A stretch of 64,000 nt of DNA, from contig JBLDXI010000033.1 of NCBI GenBank assembly GCA_047495785.1, positions 186,001 through 250,000 of the forward strand, given 5' to 3'. The notes under the pieces were generated by a model. It searched no databases. It had not been told where the DNA came from and worked only from the letters and a program-made list of their open reading frames with translations. The translations under genes and the position numbers were made by a program. The stretch is from Lepidodermella squamata. Lineage: Eukaryota > Animalia > Gastrotricha. This document shows positions 38,135-50,569 of the stretch, piece after piece. Numbering within the stretch: the first letter of the stretch is position 1; the number at the start of each line of letters is the position of its first letter.

Positions 38135-39601
38135 CAAGTAAAAAATCAACGATTAAGTTTCAGAGCTATTCCAACAAGTATTACCAGTTTTGCCACCAAT
38201 CGTTTTTGCGTTAAGTATCAAAATTAGTCAGAAGAATCGAAGACAGTAAGCATAATCTATAAAAATAAAATATCGCTTGCGCTGGTGTCAGGTACTTTTG
38301 CAAGACGAATTGGGCCGTAGCCCAGGAAAAACTTTCCTGTAGTCCTGCGCATGCCAGACGACGCACCTCTCATTGTCCTTGGGCGCGACTTGTCGTGTTG
38401 AGTCACGACCGTTCAGCCGACTGTCGATTGACTGGCTCCATCTGTGATCACGTGATCCAACATGGTAAGGGGAACTCGGTTTGTGCTAGATTCCGACCAT
38501 GAGATATTTCACAATGCCTGGGCATACCTTAAAATAAAAAAATTGACGTCACGAACCAAATTCAGGGCTGGAAATATTGTCCTATCACGGTATCAGCGGT
38601 AGCGGAAGATTTGGGAAATTTGGAAAAATTTTCAAATCATGATTTTCACTTAATCATTGTCAAAATTACGTTGAGAAATGTGACAACTGAGTAATAATGG
38701 GTTATTTATTAGTTCTTTCATCTCGCATCATCAAAATTCCGAAAATTAACTTTTCCCTCAAAGTGGTCGAATTTCCAAAAAATTGGGAAGCTGACAGCGC
38801 TTGGGGGGATTAGCGGAAGATCGGAATCGCTGAACTGACCTCGGATTCGGAATCAGCGCGAAATTTTGACCAATAACATGTGTTGCACCAACATTTTCCG
38901 GCATTTTTTCAGGGGGCAATAAAATTTATTACCAGAGGTAATTACCGGTAATTAGTATGGCACCTGATGACTGTCGAATTTCCGGAAAATAATGATGCCA
39001 TCGTGATCAGCGACCTTCCTTCCCCTTGGAACCCTCAAGGACACCGGTAATTGCTGATAAGAAATCGGTCCAATTTCCCAATATTCCTGTTCCCTAACCC
39101 GCGGTTCCCAGTTTTCCTCAAATGAGCTGGATTTCTACTTATTTTCATCCATGCCGCAATCTGGACAAGTTTCTTGAGAAATTACGCTGATTTCCTATCA
39201 GCAATTTACTTACCCGAAATTATTAGTTGGTGTTTAAAAATTGAGCAGATGCAACAAATTGCGACCATACCTGAGGAGGGGGGGAGCAATTAGCGGAGTA
39301 ATATTTCTTACATTGTTGAGACGAATTTCCAACGTGTCGATGCGGGCATTCAAACGAATTTCTACGGCATTTAGCCGATTTTTTTAATGCGCCCATTCGA
39401 TTGCCAATTGGACGGTAACCGAGATGCAACCGTGTCGTGGTTTAGCAAACTGACTGTAATACCGAACTCGACAGAAAAAACAATTGTTCATGAAATTTAG
39501 TTTTCCTTTAGTTTTCATTATAAAACCAAGCTGAGTCTAATGTCGTTTTATTTACTCGCCTATCAATTTTCAAAGTTTCATCTTTTTCCTTTTAATTTTA
39601 G

Positions 39602-40119
39602 GTCATATCCTGTACTTCGTATCTCGTGAAAATAAAGGCACTGCGAAATACATGTCACCGAGCTATTTCTGGCAAAAAGCGGCCAAAGACCGCAAAATCG
39701 CTGAAGCCTGTGCCAGACGACCGGCATTCGCGTTTTATGCGGCTCAAAATCTGCCCATCGTAATCCGAGATTTCAAACGCGCACCGACGAATTTCTTCTA
39801 CCGCAAAGATGTCGTCACCATATCGCTGTTGTATCTGCAAATTTTGAGCTTCGTCAAGAAACTCGACTCATTTTGGGAGAAATCACCGATTTTTACTGAA
39901 TCCAAGGGCAATTTCATCGAAGAACTTGTTCTTTTAGCGAAAGATTTTCGACCACCTAGGCAATTTTTGCGAAATGATCCCGAACAAATGCTGATCGCTA
40001 ATATTGTCAATAATGTTTACGTAACAATTCATTTGCTCGCTCAATTTTCGAAGAAATTCGAAGTTCTCATCTTCACTATCGATCCGAACTGCCCGAGGCT
40101 TGAAATGGTATCCAACTGA
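39602..40119 (+). CDS. G5 exon C (terminal); spliced G5 = 616 aa
   Basis: Acceptor aattttag|GT CAT gives SHILYFVSRE. 529+804+518=1851 nt. Confidence 0.85.
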
Positions 40120-40755
40120 AATGAGCAGTTTGATTCTATCATTTTTGAGAGGAAATCAGTTTTTTACTAAAATAAATTGATTTTCCTCATTTTTCCTTAT
40201 AGGTTGGTATCTTATACGGGTTGTATGAAGTTTTACGGCACCCTGTTTAGTCATTTTGAAGAATGAAGAAGCTCTTGACATCTTCAAGTTGGCAAACCTA
40301 TAACCTATACTTAGCTTCTCGGCTTTGGATTCACCTGAATCAGTACGATGATGCGATCACAGAAGTATGTTCAATGTATTTGTATTCATTTGTATTCAAA
40401 ATCAATCAGATTAAATCAAAATTAAAAGGAATACAATTTTGTGACCTATACTTCTGGAATCTCTGTTGATGTGAATCGATTTAATTTTTTCCCACTGTAT
40501 AGCTGCTTGATACTTTCATTGTGCAGGCTTTGCTTTTCCGCTCTAAAAACGTGAGCTGACAAACTCAGATGGTGAGCGTGTTTTCATCAAAGATGTGGTG
40601 TTATTGAACATCCTCTCAATCCCACTGCAGTTGTGTTATGATTGAATTCCGGATGGGTGATATTTTCTATTTCCTGGTAAACATCGCATTTGAGCTTTGC
40701 CAGCGTTTTTTACCTCAACTACAGCCAGTTGATTTCGAAATTTTTTATACCAGGG

Positions 40756-41862
40756 ATGTTTTTCCTACTCATAATGTTCTCGAGCGTAGGCTCTAGCTTG
40801 CAATTCTTGAAGATAGCAAATCTTAGAAGCTTAGGTTTGCTGAAAGTTTGCAGTCAGTTATCTGTTGAAAATATGAATCCTAACTGCAACACTAGCAACA
40901 GTTTCCTATATTCCGACCATTCCTGTAAGCCTACGCGTATTGAAATCGACATGGTGGTCAAGCGCAATTACGGAATTGACGATGTTGCTCAGAGCTCCAA
41001 GTTGCTGGTTCAAATCTATTTTAGTTGGACTGTAAACTGCACACAACTGAGAAAGTATACTGAAGACGTATTCTATCCAAATGCCTCGCTTTACTGGGCA
41101 CCTCTGATATATCACGACAATTCCATGAATGATCCTGCTATGAAATTCTTTCAAAAGGAACTACTTATAAAAACACACGACATTACTGTGAAGTTCCAGA
41201 TGACGCTTCGTGGTATTGCCTTTTCCAAATGTGAAATCGACCTGACGAATTTTCCTTTTGACGATCAATTGTGTTTAATCCGGCTTCGTATTGGAAATAG
41301 ACTGCAAGATGCCACGTTTTTTGGAACTCGCAAAGGTATCTCCGATCCCGCTAGATACTTCGACAACTGGGAGTTGATGAATATCGGATCGCGTTCAACT
41401 GTTGTTGGCGGGGTACAGACGAGATTTAAATTGTCATTCAGACGACGACCCGACTTTTACGTTCGGTTTCTAATGCTTCCTTGCATCATATTAACCACAA
41501 TGCAGTTCCTCTCTATCGCCATTCACGCAGCTAAGCCCTTGAGACCAGGTTTTGCAATTACTGTTCTCCTCGCTATGACCGTTTTGAGGCTTGAAGTGAA
41601 CCGGAGGACTCCAGCAAAGCCCGGACGGATGCTACTAACGGATTTCACGCGCTCTTGTGAACTGTTGACCCTGCTGATTACTGTGTACGCATTTGTAACG
41701 TGCTTCATGACGAAAAAGTACTCCCAATGGTTCAATCGCAACGTCATAGTTCGTGGGCGATTCAAGCTGTCTCTAAATAGGCTGATGGATGCCATAGCTT
41801 GTTCGGTAGCAATTATCGCCTTCAGTCTAATTTGCATTTTTGTTCTTCGAGCTATTCGGTGA
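40756..41862 (+). CDS. Cys-loop ligand-gated ion channel subunit (divergent nAChR/5-HT3-like, non-alpha), copy L1, 368 aa
   Basis: Signal-peptide-like N-terminus, WAPLIYHDNS, Cys-loop CEIDLTNFPFDDQLC, RRPDFY...LPC (M1), ITVLLAMTV (M2), M3, short loop, M4. No coding introns. Likely 5'UTR intron 40677-40753. Confidence 0.88.
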   Translation: MFFLLIMFSSVGSSLQFLKIANLRSLGLLKVCSQLSVENMNPNCNTSNSFLYSDHSCKPTRIEIDMVVKRNYGIDDVAQSSKLLVQIYFSWTVNCTQLRKYTEDVFYPNASLYWAPLIYHDNSMNDPAMKFFQKELLIKTHDITVKFQMTLRGIAFSKCEIDLTNFPFDDQLCLIRLRIGNRLQDATFFGTRKGISDPARYFDNWELMNIGSRSTVVGGVQTRFKLSFRRRPDFYVRFLMLPCIILTTMQFLSIAIHAAKPLRPGFAITVLLAMTVLRLEVNRRTPAKPGRMLLTDFTRSCELLTLLITVYAFVTCFMTKKYSQWFNRNVIVRGRFKLSLNRLMDAIACSVAIIAFSLICIFVLRAIR

Positions 41863-42301
41863 GACGCCACCCGCCCAGATCCTGCCGATTTCCTCGCTAC
41901 GAGGTCAAAATAATAGTGAACTTTAGCAGCTTGACTTACAAGTGGATAAACCTAATGGATAGTCTTTACACATAATAAAAGGAATAAGAAATTGTTAATT
42001 ATCCTCGGGTATCAAACATTCCTGAGAGTCAGCCTATTCGGAATCCCCAAGGTATTTTGAGAATTTCTCGCTAACTTGGTGTAAAGTTTACAGAGGAGCT
42101 GACCAAGGCCGACCGGTGAATATTGGGCATGAAAACGAATCATTAGGGCACCTTACCCTATACTTATGTGAACATTCTAATTAATGTCTGAGACCTCTGT
42201 TTATTTGAATTAATTTAATATTTTTTCACTGGTAGCGGCTTAATGCTTTTATTGCGCAGGCTTTGCTTTTCCGTTATAAAAATTTGAGCTGACAGGAGGT
42301 A

Positions 42302-43196
42302 CCGTAATTTGGGTTGATTTCGGTCAGTGGGTTGGTTATGACATTGGCATAGCTTTTAGCGATCGACTTTCAGTAAATAAATTATTGGCAAATTGATATA
42401 CAAACCCCCTCAATATGGATGTCGCCGGTAAGCTAGTAACGGGTAGAATCAGATATTGCAGTCAAAGTAACTATCAGGTACAAGCATGACTCGCAGTGGA
42501 ACGGTAAAGGTGGCCAAAGTCACCCGAAGCACATGTTAGATGCTGATGGGATGACTTCGTACCACACAACACAGATTTCGAGTTTGATCGCATGAATTCC
42601 TTTGGTTAGTCACCCAAGTTCTACCGGAAATCAAACTTTATAAACAAATTCCCCTAACTTTATCTGCCATTTTTATACTCAAATGGGGTACCGCTGGATA
42701 GCTCGTGTCGGGGGCTGCTCGAACATGACAAGGTTTTTCATTTTGATCACACCTGGCCGACCTTAGAGTCATCTAAATTCTGCCGAAAACTGTGTTTTTT
42801 ATATTAGTTTAATCACCAGGTATGGTGAAGGGCTATGTTCAAGGCATTCCAGTTTGTCTTTTCTTGGGCTTTCCAACGTTATCCCACTCAAGGGGTCTTT
42901 ATCTTGATACCTCTGAGATATGGCTATGCGAAAGTCGCCCTATTTTTGAGTGGCAAAGTGACCCCGGCTGGCAAAGTCGCCCCGTTTTACGGTACTCGGT
43001 GACAAGCCGGACTGGTGTGCATTGGGCACTTCAAGGCCTGGCTTTACTTGGGCTATCCAGCGGTACCCCACTCATGGGGTCTTTAACTTGCCGGCTTAGA
43101 TATTTGCGTGGTCAAAGTCTCCCCTTTTTGAAATGCCGATGTAACCCCACTGGCTAATTTACTCTCAAAGTCACCCCGAGTCACCCCAAATTACGG
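42302..43196. mobile_element. pogo/Tc1-mariner-type MITE (TA|CCGTAATTTGGG) with a nested inverted repeat 42684-43070
   Basis: TIRs flanked by TA. The paralogous empty site is visible upstream of L1 (40555-40605). Confidence 0.7.
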
Positions 43197-43441
43197 TAGT
43201 GGTCGTATTTTCATCGAAAATGTGGTGTTATTAAAAATTGACAAAAATTGAAAAATTCGTTACTGTTTTTTCTTTTTAATTACCAAACATTTACGGCAAA
43301 TATTTGCTAACTTGGGCCTAGCTCCTAGATTCGCTTGCTGCGAATCCTTTCAATTCCTGGTGAATAGCACAGCGTAGCCTAGTCAACGAGTGCGTGGTCG
43401 AACTCTCAAGTCGATTGATTATCGCAATATTTGAACCAGGA

Positions 43442-44551
43442 ATGTTTTTCCTATTCATCATACTCTCGAACGTAGGCTCTAGCTGGCAATTCTCGGAAAT
43501 AGCGAATGCTAGAAGTATAGCTTTGTTGAATAGGTGCAGTCACATGTCAGTTGAATCTATTAATCCACGCTGCAACTCTAGCAGCAGTTTCGCCTACTCC
43601 GACCATTCCTGTATGCCAACGCCTGTTGAGATCAGCTTGATTGTCTATCGCAACTACGGAATCGACGACGTTGCTCAGAGTTTCAAGCTGCTGATCAACA
43701 TTCCAGTCGTTTGGACTGTCGGCTGCAAGGAACTGATATATGACGAAGCAGAAATATTCTATCCAAATGCATCGCTTTTCTGGATCCCTATGATGTATCA
43801 CGACAATTCCATGCATGATCCTGCCATGAAGCATTTTCAGAAGGAACTACTGGTTAAAACGCAAGTGATTACTGCTACATTCCAGATGACACTGCGAGGT
43901 GTTATCACTTCCCAATGTGACATCGACCTGACGAATTTTCCTTTTGACAACCAGAGATGTTCTATCCTTCTTCGCATTGGGAATGAAATGAAAAATGCCG
44001 GTTTTTCTGGGGTTCGCAAAGGCTTCTCACCTTCCGCTAGATACTTTGATAACTGTGAGTTGGTGGAGATTAATAATCGCGCCGCTCGCGGCAGAGGAAT
44101 TGAGCCTAGATTTGAATTATTATTCAGACGACGACCTCACTTCTATGTTTGGTTCTTAATGGTCCCTTGCATCATTTTGACGACGATGCAGTTCCTCTCT
44201 ATCGCTATTCATGCAACCAAGCCTTTGAGGCCAGGCTTTGCGATTACCGTTCTGCTCGCTATGGCGTTTTTGAGGCTTGAAATTAGCCGAAGGACTCCAG
44301 CAAAACCGGGACGGATGCTTCTAACCGATTTCACGCGCTCTTGTGAACTGCTGACACTGCTGATACATCATAGGTACGCATATGTAACGTGCTACATTGC
44401 GAAGAATTTCTCTAAATGGTTCAATCGGAACGTCATAGTTCGTGGGCGATTCAAGCTGTCTCTAAATAGGCTGATGGATGCCATAGCTTGTTCGGTAGCA
44501 CTTAGCGCATTCAGTCTAATTTGCATTTTCGTTCTTCGAGCTATTAAATGA
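43442..44551 (+). CDS. Cys-loop ligand-gated ion channel subunit, copy L2, 369 aa (M3 lesion)
   Basis: Cys-loop CDIDLTNFPFDNQRC. TM region nearly identical to L1 except TV->HHR in M3. Likely 5'UTR intron 43360-43439. Confidence 0.85.
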   Translation: MFFLFIILSNVGSSWQFSEIANARSIALLNRCSHMSVESINPRCNSSSSFAYSDHSCMPTPVEISLIVYRNYGIDDVAQSFKLLINIPVVWTVGCKELIYDEAEIFYPNASLFWIPMMYHDNSMHDPAMKHFQKELLVKTQVITATFQMTLRGVITSQCDIDLTNFPFDNQRCSILLRIGNEMKNAGFSGVRKGFSPSARYFDNCELVEINNRAARGRGIEPRFELLFRRRPHFYVWFLMVPCIILTTMQFLSIAIHATKPLRPGFAITVLLAMAFLRLEISRRTPAKPGRMLLTDFTRSCELLTLLIHHRYAYVTCYIAKNFSKWFNRNVIVRGRFKLSLNRLMDAIACSVALSAFSLICIFVLRAIK

Positions 44552-45315
44552 GGCGCTAACCGCCCAGTCCCTTTATACTTGAGCGACTTGAACAACCCCA
44601 CTGAAAATCTGTTCACGAAATTAAAAATATTGAATAAAATAGTTGATTGTTCCTAGGTGTCAGAGTATTAATATGTTTGGAATTTCAAAGGTAGTTCGAG
44701 GATTTTTTGACCAGTTTATAGTGTAAAGTTTACACGGGAACTAACCAAGGACGTCCGGGAAATAACGTGAAAACGAATGTGTTTTTTATTTAACAGTTCA
44801 TCGGCCATGTAATCGTAGATGAGTAGCCTCCAATTTGCAGAATTTCGTTGTATAACTGATAGATATGTGGACATGAAGTGTTGCTATTTCGCGATGTTTT
44901 GCACGAGGCTTGTGCATCTAAAAAATCCTTTTGTTCTCCCTAAAAATCAGTCACACCTGTAGATCTCAAATCTGAAGACAAAATCACTTTAAACTCATTC
45001 CATGACGAAGAAATCGCTGATTATCGATTATCGATTTTAATAACAAGCCAAGTTTTTTATTTTACCTCTATCGGAATGCGCCATTTTTCTAAGTATTTTA
45101 CGAAGTATTGACGAGTTCTAAGTAGTGACTCAGCACTCAGCTTATTCTTGCATAACTCGCCTTCTATTATAAAATAATCAAAGAAGCTCAACGCAGTGTC
45201 TTTTTAACAACAATGCCACAAAACTAGATTATTGAAAGCACAAAACGCATATCAGCTATGGCGAGTCCCGTAATTTCTCCTATTTCTTTTCTGCTAGGTA
45301 TCTTATATATGCAAA

Positions 45316-45844
45316 ATGAAGTTATACGAGACCTTGTTTGATAATTTTGAGTACGGCGAAAAGGTGAAGTCTTCCAGTTGGGATGGTGATGCAACTTTGA
45401 ACCTGCTTTCTGAGCTCAACTCTCTTGAAGACGTGGAACAATTGCACCGGAAAATTCGAGTTGAATTGGGCGGTGGCGAGAAATTGGTCAACGAAGTCGC
45501 TGCAAGGCAGGAAGAACGTCGAATCCTGGGTAACAAGTTGTTCGAAGCTAAAAAATATGAAGAAGCCCTTGAAACGTACAAATCTGCGATCTATTCAGCC
45601 GATTGGCCGCCGCCTGAAGACACTCGTTTCTACACCAACGCCTCGCAATGCTGTATTCAGCTGAGTAGGTTCGAAGAAGCGATAATCTATTCGAAGCTGG
45701 TCATGCGACTTGTCATGCGGCCTTTGAGAGCCTTTCAGTTGTGTGCTATCGCTTACTCGCATCTTGGCTATGATGAAATGGCTGAAGACTGCATAACCTT
45801 GATGAGAGCGATGAAGCCACCCGCTTCTAGGACTTTTGTTAAAG
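45316..45844 (+). CDS. G6 exon A (TPR domain)
   Basis: MKLYETLFDNFEYG... Donor AAAG|gtattt. Confidence 0.85.
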
Positions 45845-46689
45845 GTATTTCCTTCTTGTTTTTTTTTCTTGAGTTCGCAAACTCTGAATTTGTTTACATT
45901 CTATCAAGTTGCTTGAGTAATTTTCAGGTTTCAAAATTTCTCCATTTTCGAATTCGTCAAATTTGCATTCAATTGTACGCAAATTTGACAAAAAATCGCG
46001 AAATCGTAGTTTTTCTTTTTTTCGCTCAGCTGATGTTGGAAGTAGCAGGACTCACAAAGTTTGATAATGCAACGTTTGATATAAGTAGAAAATAACATAT
46101 TTTAGCTCATTTTCACGGCCCGAACCTATTGAGCGCGCCTGTGCGCTAAGCATGCTGCTTGCTTTTCAAAGAGCTATAAAAAACTAATCGTGTAAAATCG
46201 AGCTCAGTGTCAATAATCGAGAAAAAATTGACTGCATCGTGACCTTATTTGATGATTGACTTTTCAGTTCGTATCGAAAAAATACCGTTTGCAAGCACTC
46301 AAAATGTTGATTTAATGATACGATCGATTTTTTTCTAAGAACATGTTGTTTTAAGAAAAAATATCCAGTTTTAAACAATTAGAAATTGCGGCCGACAATT
46401 TTTAGAAATAATTTTGAAATCGACATTTCACCTTGCTTCGCTTTTCTTCAAATTTCTCTGCCTGAGTTTCTTGGCAGAAATGCGAGCGTGTTAGCCTATT
46501 CGCCACCACTACGCTGGTTACTAACTTTCAATCCGGAAATATTGTTCGATATTTGGCTGACGTTCGAGCGATCGATACCCGAATTGTCCACGTGCATTAC
46601 GGCCAAGACCTCGTCGCATCCACGGGCCATTGAAGCGGTGGTGCTTGTAGATCAGCGAGGTGAAAAATCGTACATCACACCCAGAGCAC

Positions 46690-46860
46690 TCGGGATAAGT
46701 AGCGGTATCGCCCGGGTTTTTTCAGTGCCATCAAACAATCCGTAGCAGTCTTCGCTTCTTAGTCTTAGCGAGCCAATTTTTCAGGCATTCGCCAACGTAG
46801 TAGCTTGTCGAGTAGTAACTAAATGAAACCCGATTAAAGTGCTCGGTTGACTCTGCAAGA
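46690..46860 (-). mobile_element. hAT (ZMYM/DUF4371-like) transposase remnant
   Basis: Minus strand LIGFHLVTTRQATTLANA*...DCYGLFDG, with stops. Confidence 0.4.
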
Positions 46861-48057
46861 CCAACAGTTAATGTCTTAAAATGTGATATCAAATTGTAAC
46901 TTATCGACTGGACGGTTCTACCTTCGAACCTTTTCGAAAATGACAGCTCGTAATTGCACTTCTCGCCCGGCTATTACGAGGAGTAGCTTCTTCAAACACT
47001 GGGGTTCCTAGTAATTGGCCACCAGGGCCACTGTTTTTTAAATCTTAACGGCAGATATAAACCTTCTTTGTTCGAATGTCTTCTTTAGACCATGTTAATT
47101 TATTGAAAGAACTTTGAATAGTAAACACAACTTAATTCAATATACTAATCAATTTCCTCGCCTTTTCCTCGCACTTTGAATGCGTTCTTATCTTCAAATT
47201 TTCCGAAGCAGGCGCGTTGGGCACCGTGCAGGAATTCATAAGAAAGAATAAAGATAGCAACTAATCAAATAAGAACAACATTTCAGTTCGAAGTCATGAA
47301 ACATGAAAAAAGCATCAGAAACATGCGTAGTGTTAGTACATGCGTAGCATAATGATACAGTGGTCATGATATGGTCATCTGGCAAATAACGGGATAGAAA
47401 AGGGTCAAAATTACATGCGAAAAGCATGGAAAGATTTGGAAAAAATTGCCCAATCGCCCAGAAATCATCCGTCGGGCTTGATGTTTAGTTATCCTGGCGA
47501 ATTGGCCGACGACGAGGCACGCGGGGTGAGATGGCTGGCGCGCCCGCAGTAGTTGCATTTTTGAGCGAAACGGCATTCAATAGACTTTGCTTACGCTGCC
47601 GCTCCAGGTTCGCGATTATTTATTAGGTATACATTTTACTGGAAGAGTTTTGCACTCGAATACTTAATGATACAGCCTGGTTGACATTACTTTCACCCGA
47701 AAGCGCCTGCACTCGAGGATTGTCTTTCCTGCTTTGGTTTTGGACCGGAATCCAGCTACATCCAATTATTTTCTTTGAATATGGTGCCGATTTCCATCAG
47801 CGTGACGTAGAAGAATATGGTCAAATATTCCAAAAAAATTCACATGATTCGTAAATATGGCCTTAACAGAGTAAAATTTGAAAATATTAGATACAAAGAG
47901 AGGCCAATTAAATTATCAAAGTTTGGGATGTATATAGCGCTCAAAGAGTGTGATATCTAGCCGCTAGCTAGCCTTTGAAATGTATATTGATGTCGAGATG
48001 CTTGTTATTTTTGGGTCGAAAATTTTCTATCTGTCTAATAGTTTGTGTTCTTTTTAG

Positions 48058-48858
48058 AATCTGCTGAGAAGTGTGAGCTGATAAGAAAACAGCGTCCACC
48101 CGGCCGAAAGCGAATTCTCGGCAGAGAGTCAATGAAAACTGCATTAAGGCGGCTTATTACAACCGGAAATCTGCCGATGAATCATGGCTCGATTGAACAG
48201 ACCACATTCCTCTTCACGTTAATTGAACTTGTGTCCTATGCTATTAAGGGTCCGACTGAGTTACGCCCCCTATATGAAGCTGGGCTCATGCGAATTTTCA
48301 AGCAAATTCCCTTGCTCAAGCGATTATTCTCGCCGGAAATCGATTTGGTGAAACTTTCAATTTTCGAAGCTATGGTTGTTCAGCTGGTTTTAGCGCTACT
48401 TGAGTACCTGGCACCCGAGCAAACCGATGATGTCGATCTCAAAAACATGGCAATGCGTGATTTGGCGACTATGCCTAATTTCATCGAGTTTATGTGCGAA
48501 TTGGGCCGGCAAATGACGAAACGTAGCGGCATTCGATTTTTGACTATCTCCCCGATTCATCGGCTGATTTTGGAACGATATGCTGGTCTCATAATTCCAT
48601 TTGACGACAGTCCGGCGATGAGGGAGCGGTTTGTCCGTGGCCACTATCCACTTTGCGACCCTTCGTTTGCTGTCTACATGTGGTTAGCTGGGTTTTGTTC
48701 ATCCACCGATATGGTCATGCGGCTAAATGAGCCGTTTGCTCGGGCTTTGGCTAGGCTTGGAAATCTGACGGACGAATGCTCAGAATGGTACTTGGAACCA
48801 TGGCGGAAAGCGTCGAAAGCCGAACTCGGAAATGCCATCGCTATCGCTTCCATTTTAG
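48058..48858 (+). CDS. G6 exon B
   Basis: Acceptor tttttag|AA and donor TTAG|gtaggt. 801 nt. Confidence 0.85.
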
Positions 48859-48933
48859 GTAGGTAACTCATTTACTAGCTTTAATATAAATTTGGAATAG
48901 CTTCATAATGTTTAATTAAAAACAATTTTAAGC

Positions 48934-50569
48934 AGGGGCGCAGTCAGGATTTTGGTTTGATAGTTGTTGATAGTTGATAGTTTAGTAGATAGAAAAACAT
49001 TGTAATGTATGAACTATGGGCTTTGATTTTTCAATTTTTGGAATCTTTTTCATCACTCCGCAGTCTCAGCAATCCGAGAACAAGGTTGACGCGCCGTGCC
49101 GCTTCGTGCGCCAAGATATCAAGAATCCCATCAGGGGTAGAATTATACCGTAGTGAAATCAATAAAAGCGGCAGAGACAAAACGCTCTTCCCCACTGTAG
49201 ATCGCAACCAGGCTTTTAGCCTCCAACGCGTCGAAAAGCTCCGCTAAAACATGTAAACAAAAAACACTAACGCCACTGGATCAACTTATACATATAAGCA
49301 ACACAACTTATACAATAAAGTCTAAGCATACAGGAAGTGGAGAATCTTCAGAATTAACAAGTTTACCAGGCTGATCAGAGTAAATTTCCGAAACTAGTTT
49401 TCCGCGATTAGTTGCCGTGATTAGTTGCCTTAGGACACTGAGTAGTTAAATTTTTGAGATTTTACACAAAACATTATTTAATCATCTGTTGTAAATGTGG
49501 TTGTTCACGTTGCGCGTTGAGTCTTTGATCACGGAGATCGCGATGTCGTGTGCAGTAATTGTTGGCAGCTCAAAGCGTTTTAGGAAGTTGACGTTGAAAA
49601 ATGGAAAAGTGGAAAATCTTCAGAATTAACAAGTTTACCAGGCTGATCAAAGTAAATTTCCGAAACTATTTTTCCACGAATTGTTCATCAGCTATGCTAC
49701 CCACCGTCAAATTATCCGTATGTGAGAGAGTGGAATTTGGCGTGCCAAGTGCGCACCCTAAATTTAGGGTTCCAGCTCTAAATTTGAGACTCAAGCACTG
49801 GATTTCCCCTAAATATGGGTTTCGAGATTCCAGTCTTCGCTAGAATCTCTAATATTTTGCTATCATTCTAACCATTAGATCTTCATATTACGCGTAACTG
49901 ACTGCTCATAGAGCCGATATCGATTCCAAGTATCGATTCTACAAATCAGTGATTTTCCAACTGTCAGCCGTCTTGGAACCCAAAATCGATAATTTCCTAC
50001 GTAACAGCTTAGAACATCATCAGTATCGAATTTAGAATCTCTTCAAAATGTTTGTTTAATTTAAAATTAAAATTAAAAATAAAAATTGAAAAAAATGAAA
50101 ATTTCAAATAATTTAAATAATTTAATAATTTTTATTATTAATTTCAAGCGCAGCCAGGATTTGGGTTTGATAGTTTTATTTTCACAAGAGCTAAACACAT
50201 TAGAAAAAGAAAAACTTTGTTATATATGGACTATGGGCTTTGATTTTTATTATTTTTGAGAGCGTTTTCATCTCTCCGCAGTCTCAACTATCGCAGAACA
50301 TGGTTGAGGCGCCGTGCCGCTTTGCGCGCCAAGATATCAAGAATCTCATCGGGGGTTTTATACCGTGGTGAAATTGAATAAAAGCGGCAGAAACAAGATT
50401 TTCCCCATGTTTCTACCGCTACGCTGCCAAGTGGATCGCTGTCAGGCTTTGGATCAAGAAATGCACAACATGATTTCCAACGATCTAATTGGGCTCTTAT
50501 CATCGTGTCGGTTCCAGGAAGGTCTTTTCGATAAATATCTACTAGCGGCTTCATTTTCTCGACTGGCAA
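48934..50569 (-). mobile_element. Two related 3' ends of a hAT (THAP12/P52rIPK-like) element (48934-49250 and 50148-50569)
   Basis: Shared GCGCAG(T/C)CAGGATTT terminus and ~200 bp of similarity. ORF YRKDLP...AQLDRWK...EILDILARKAARRL. Confidence 0.55.
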
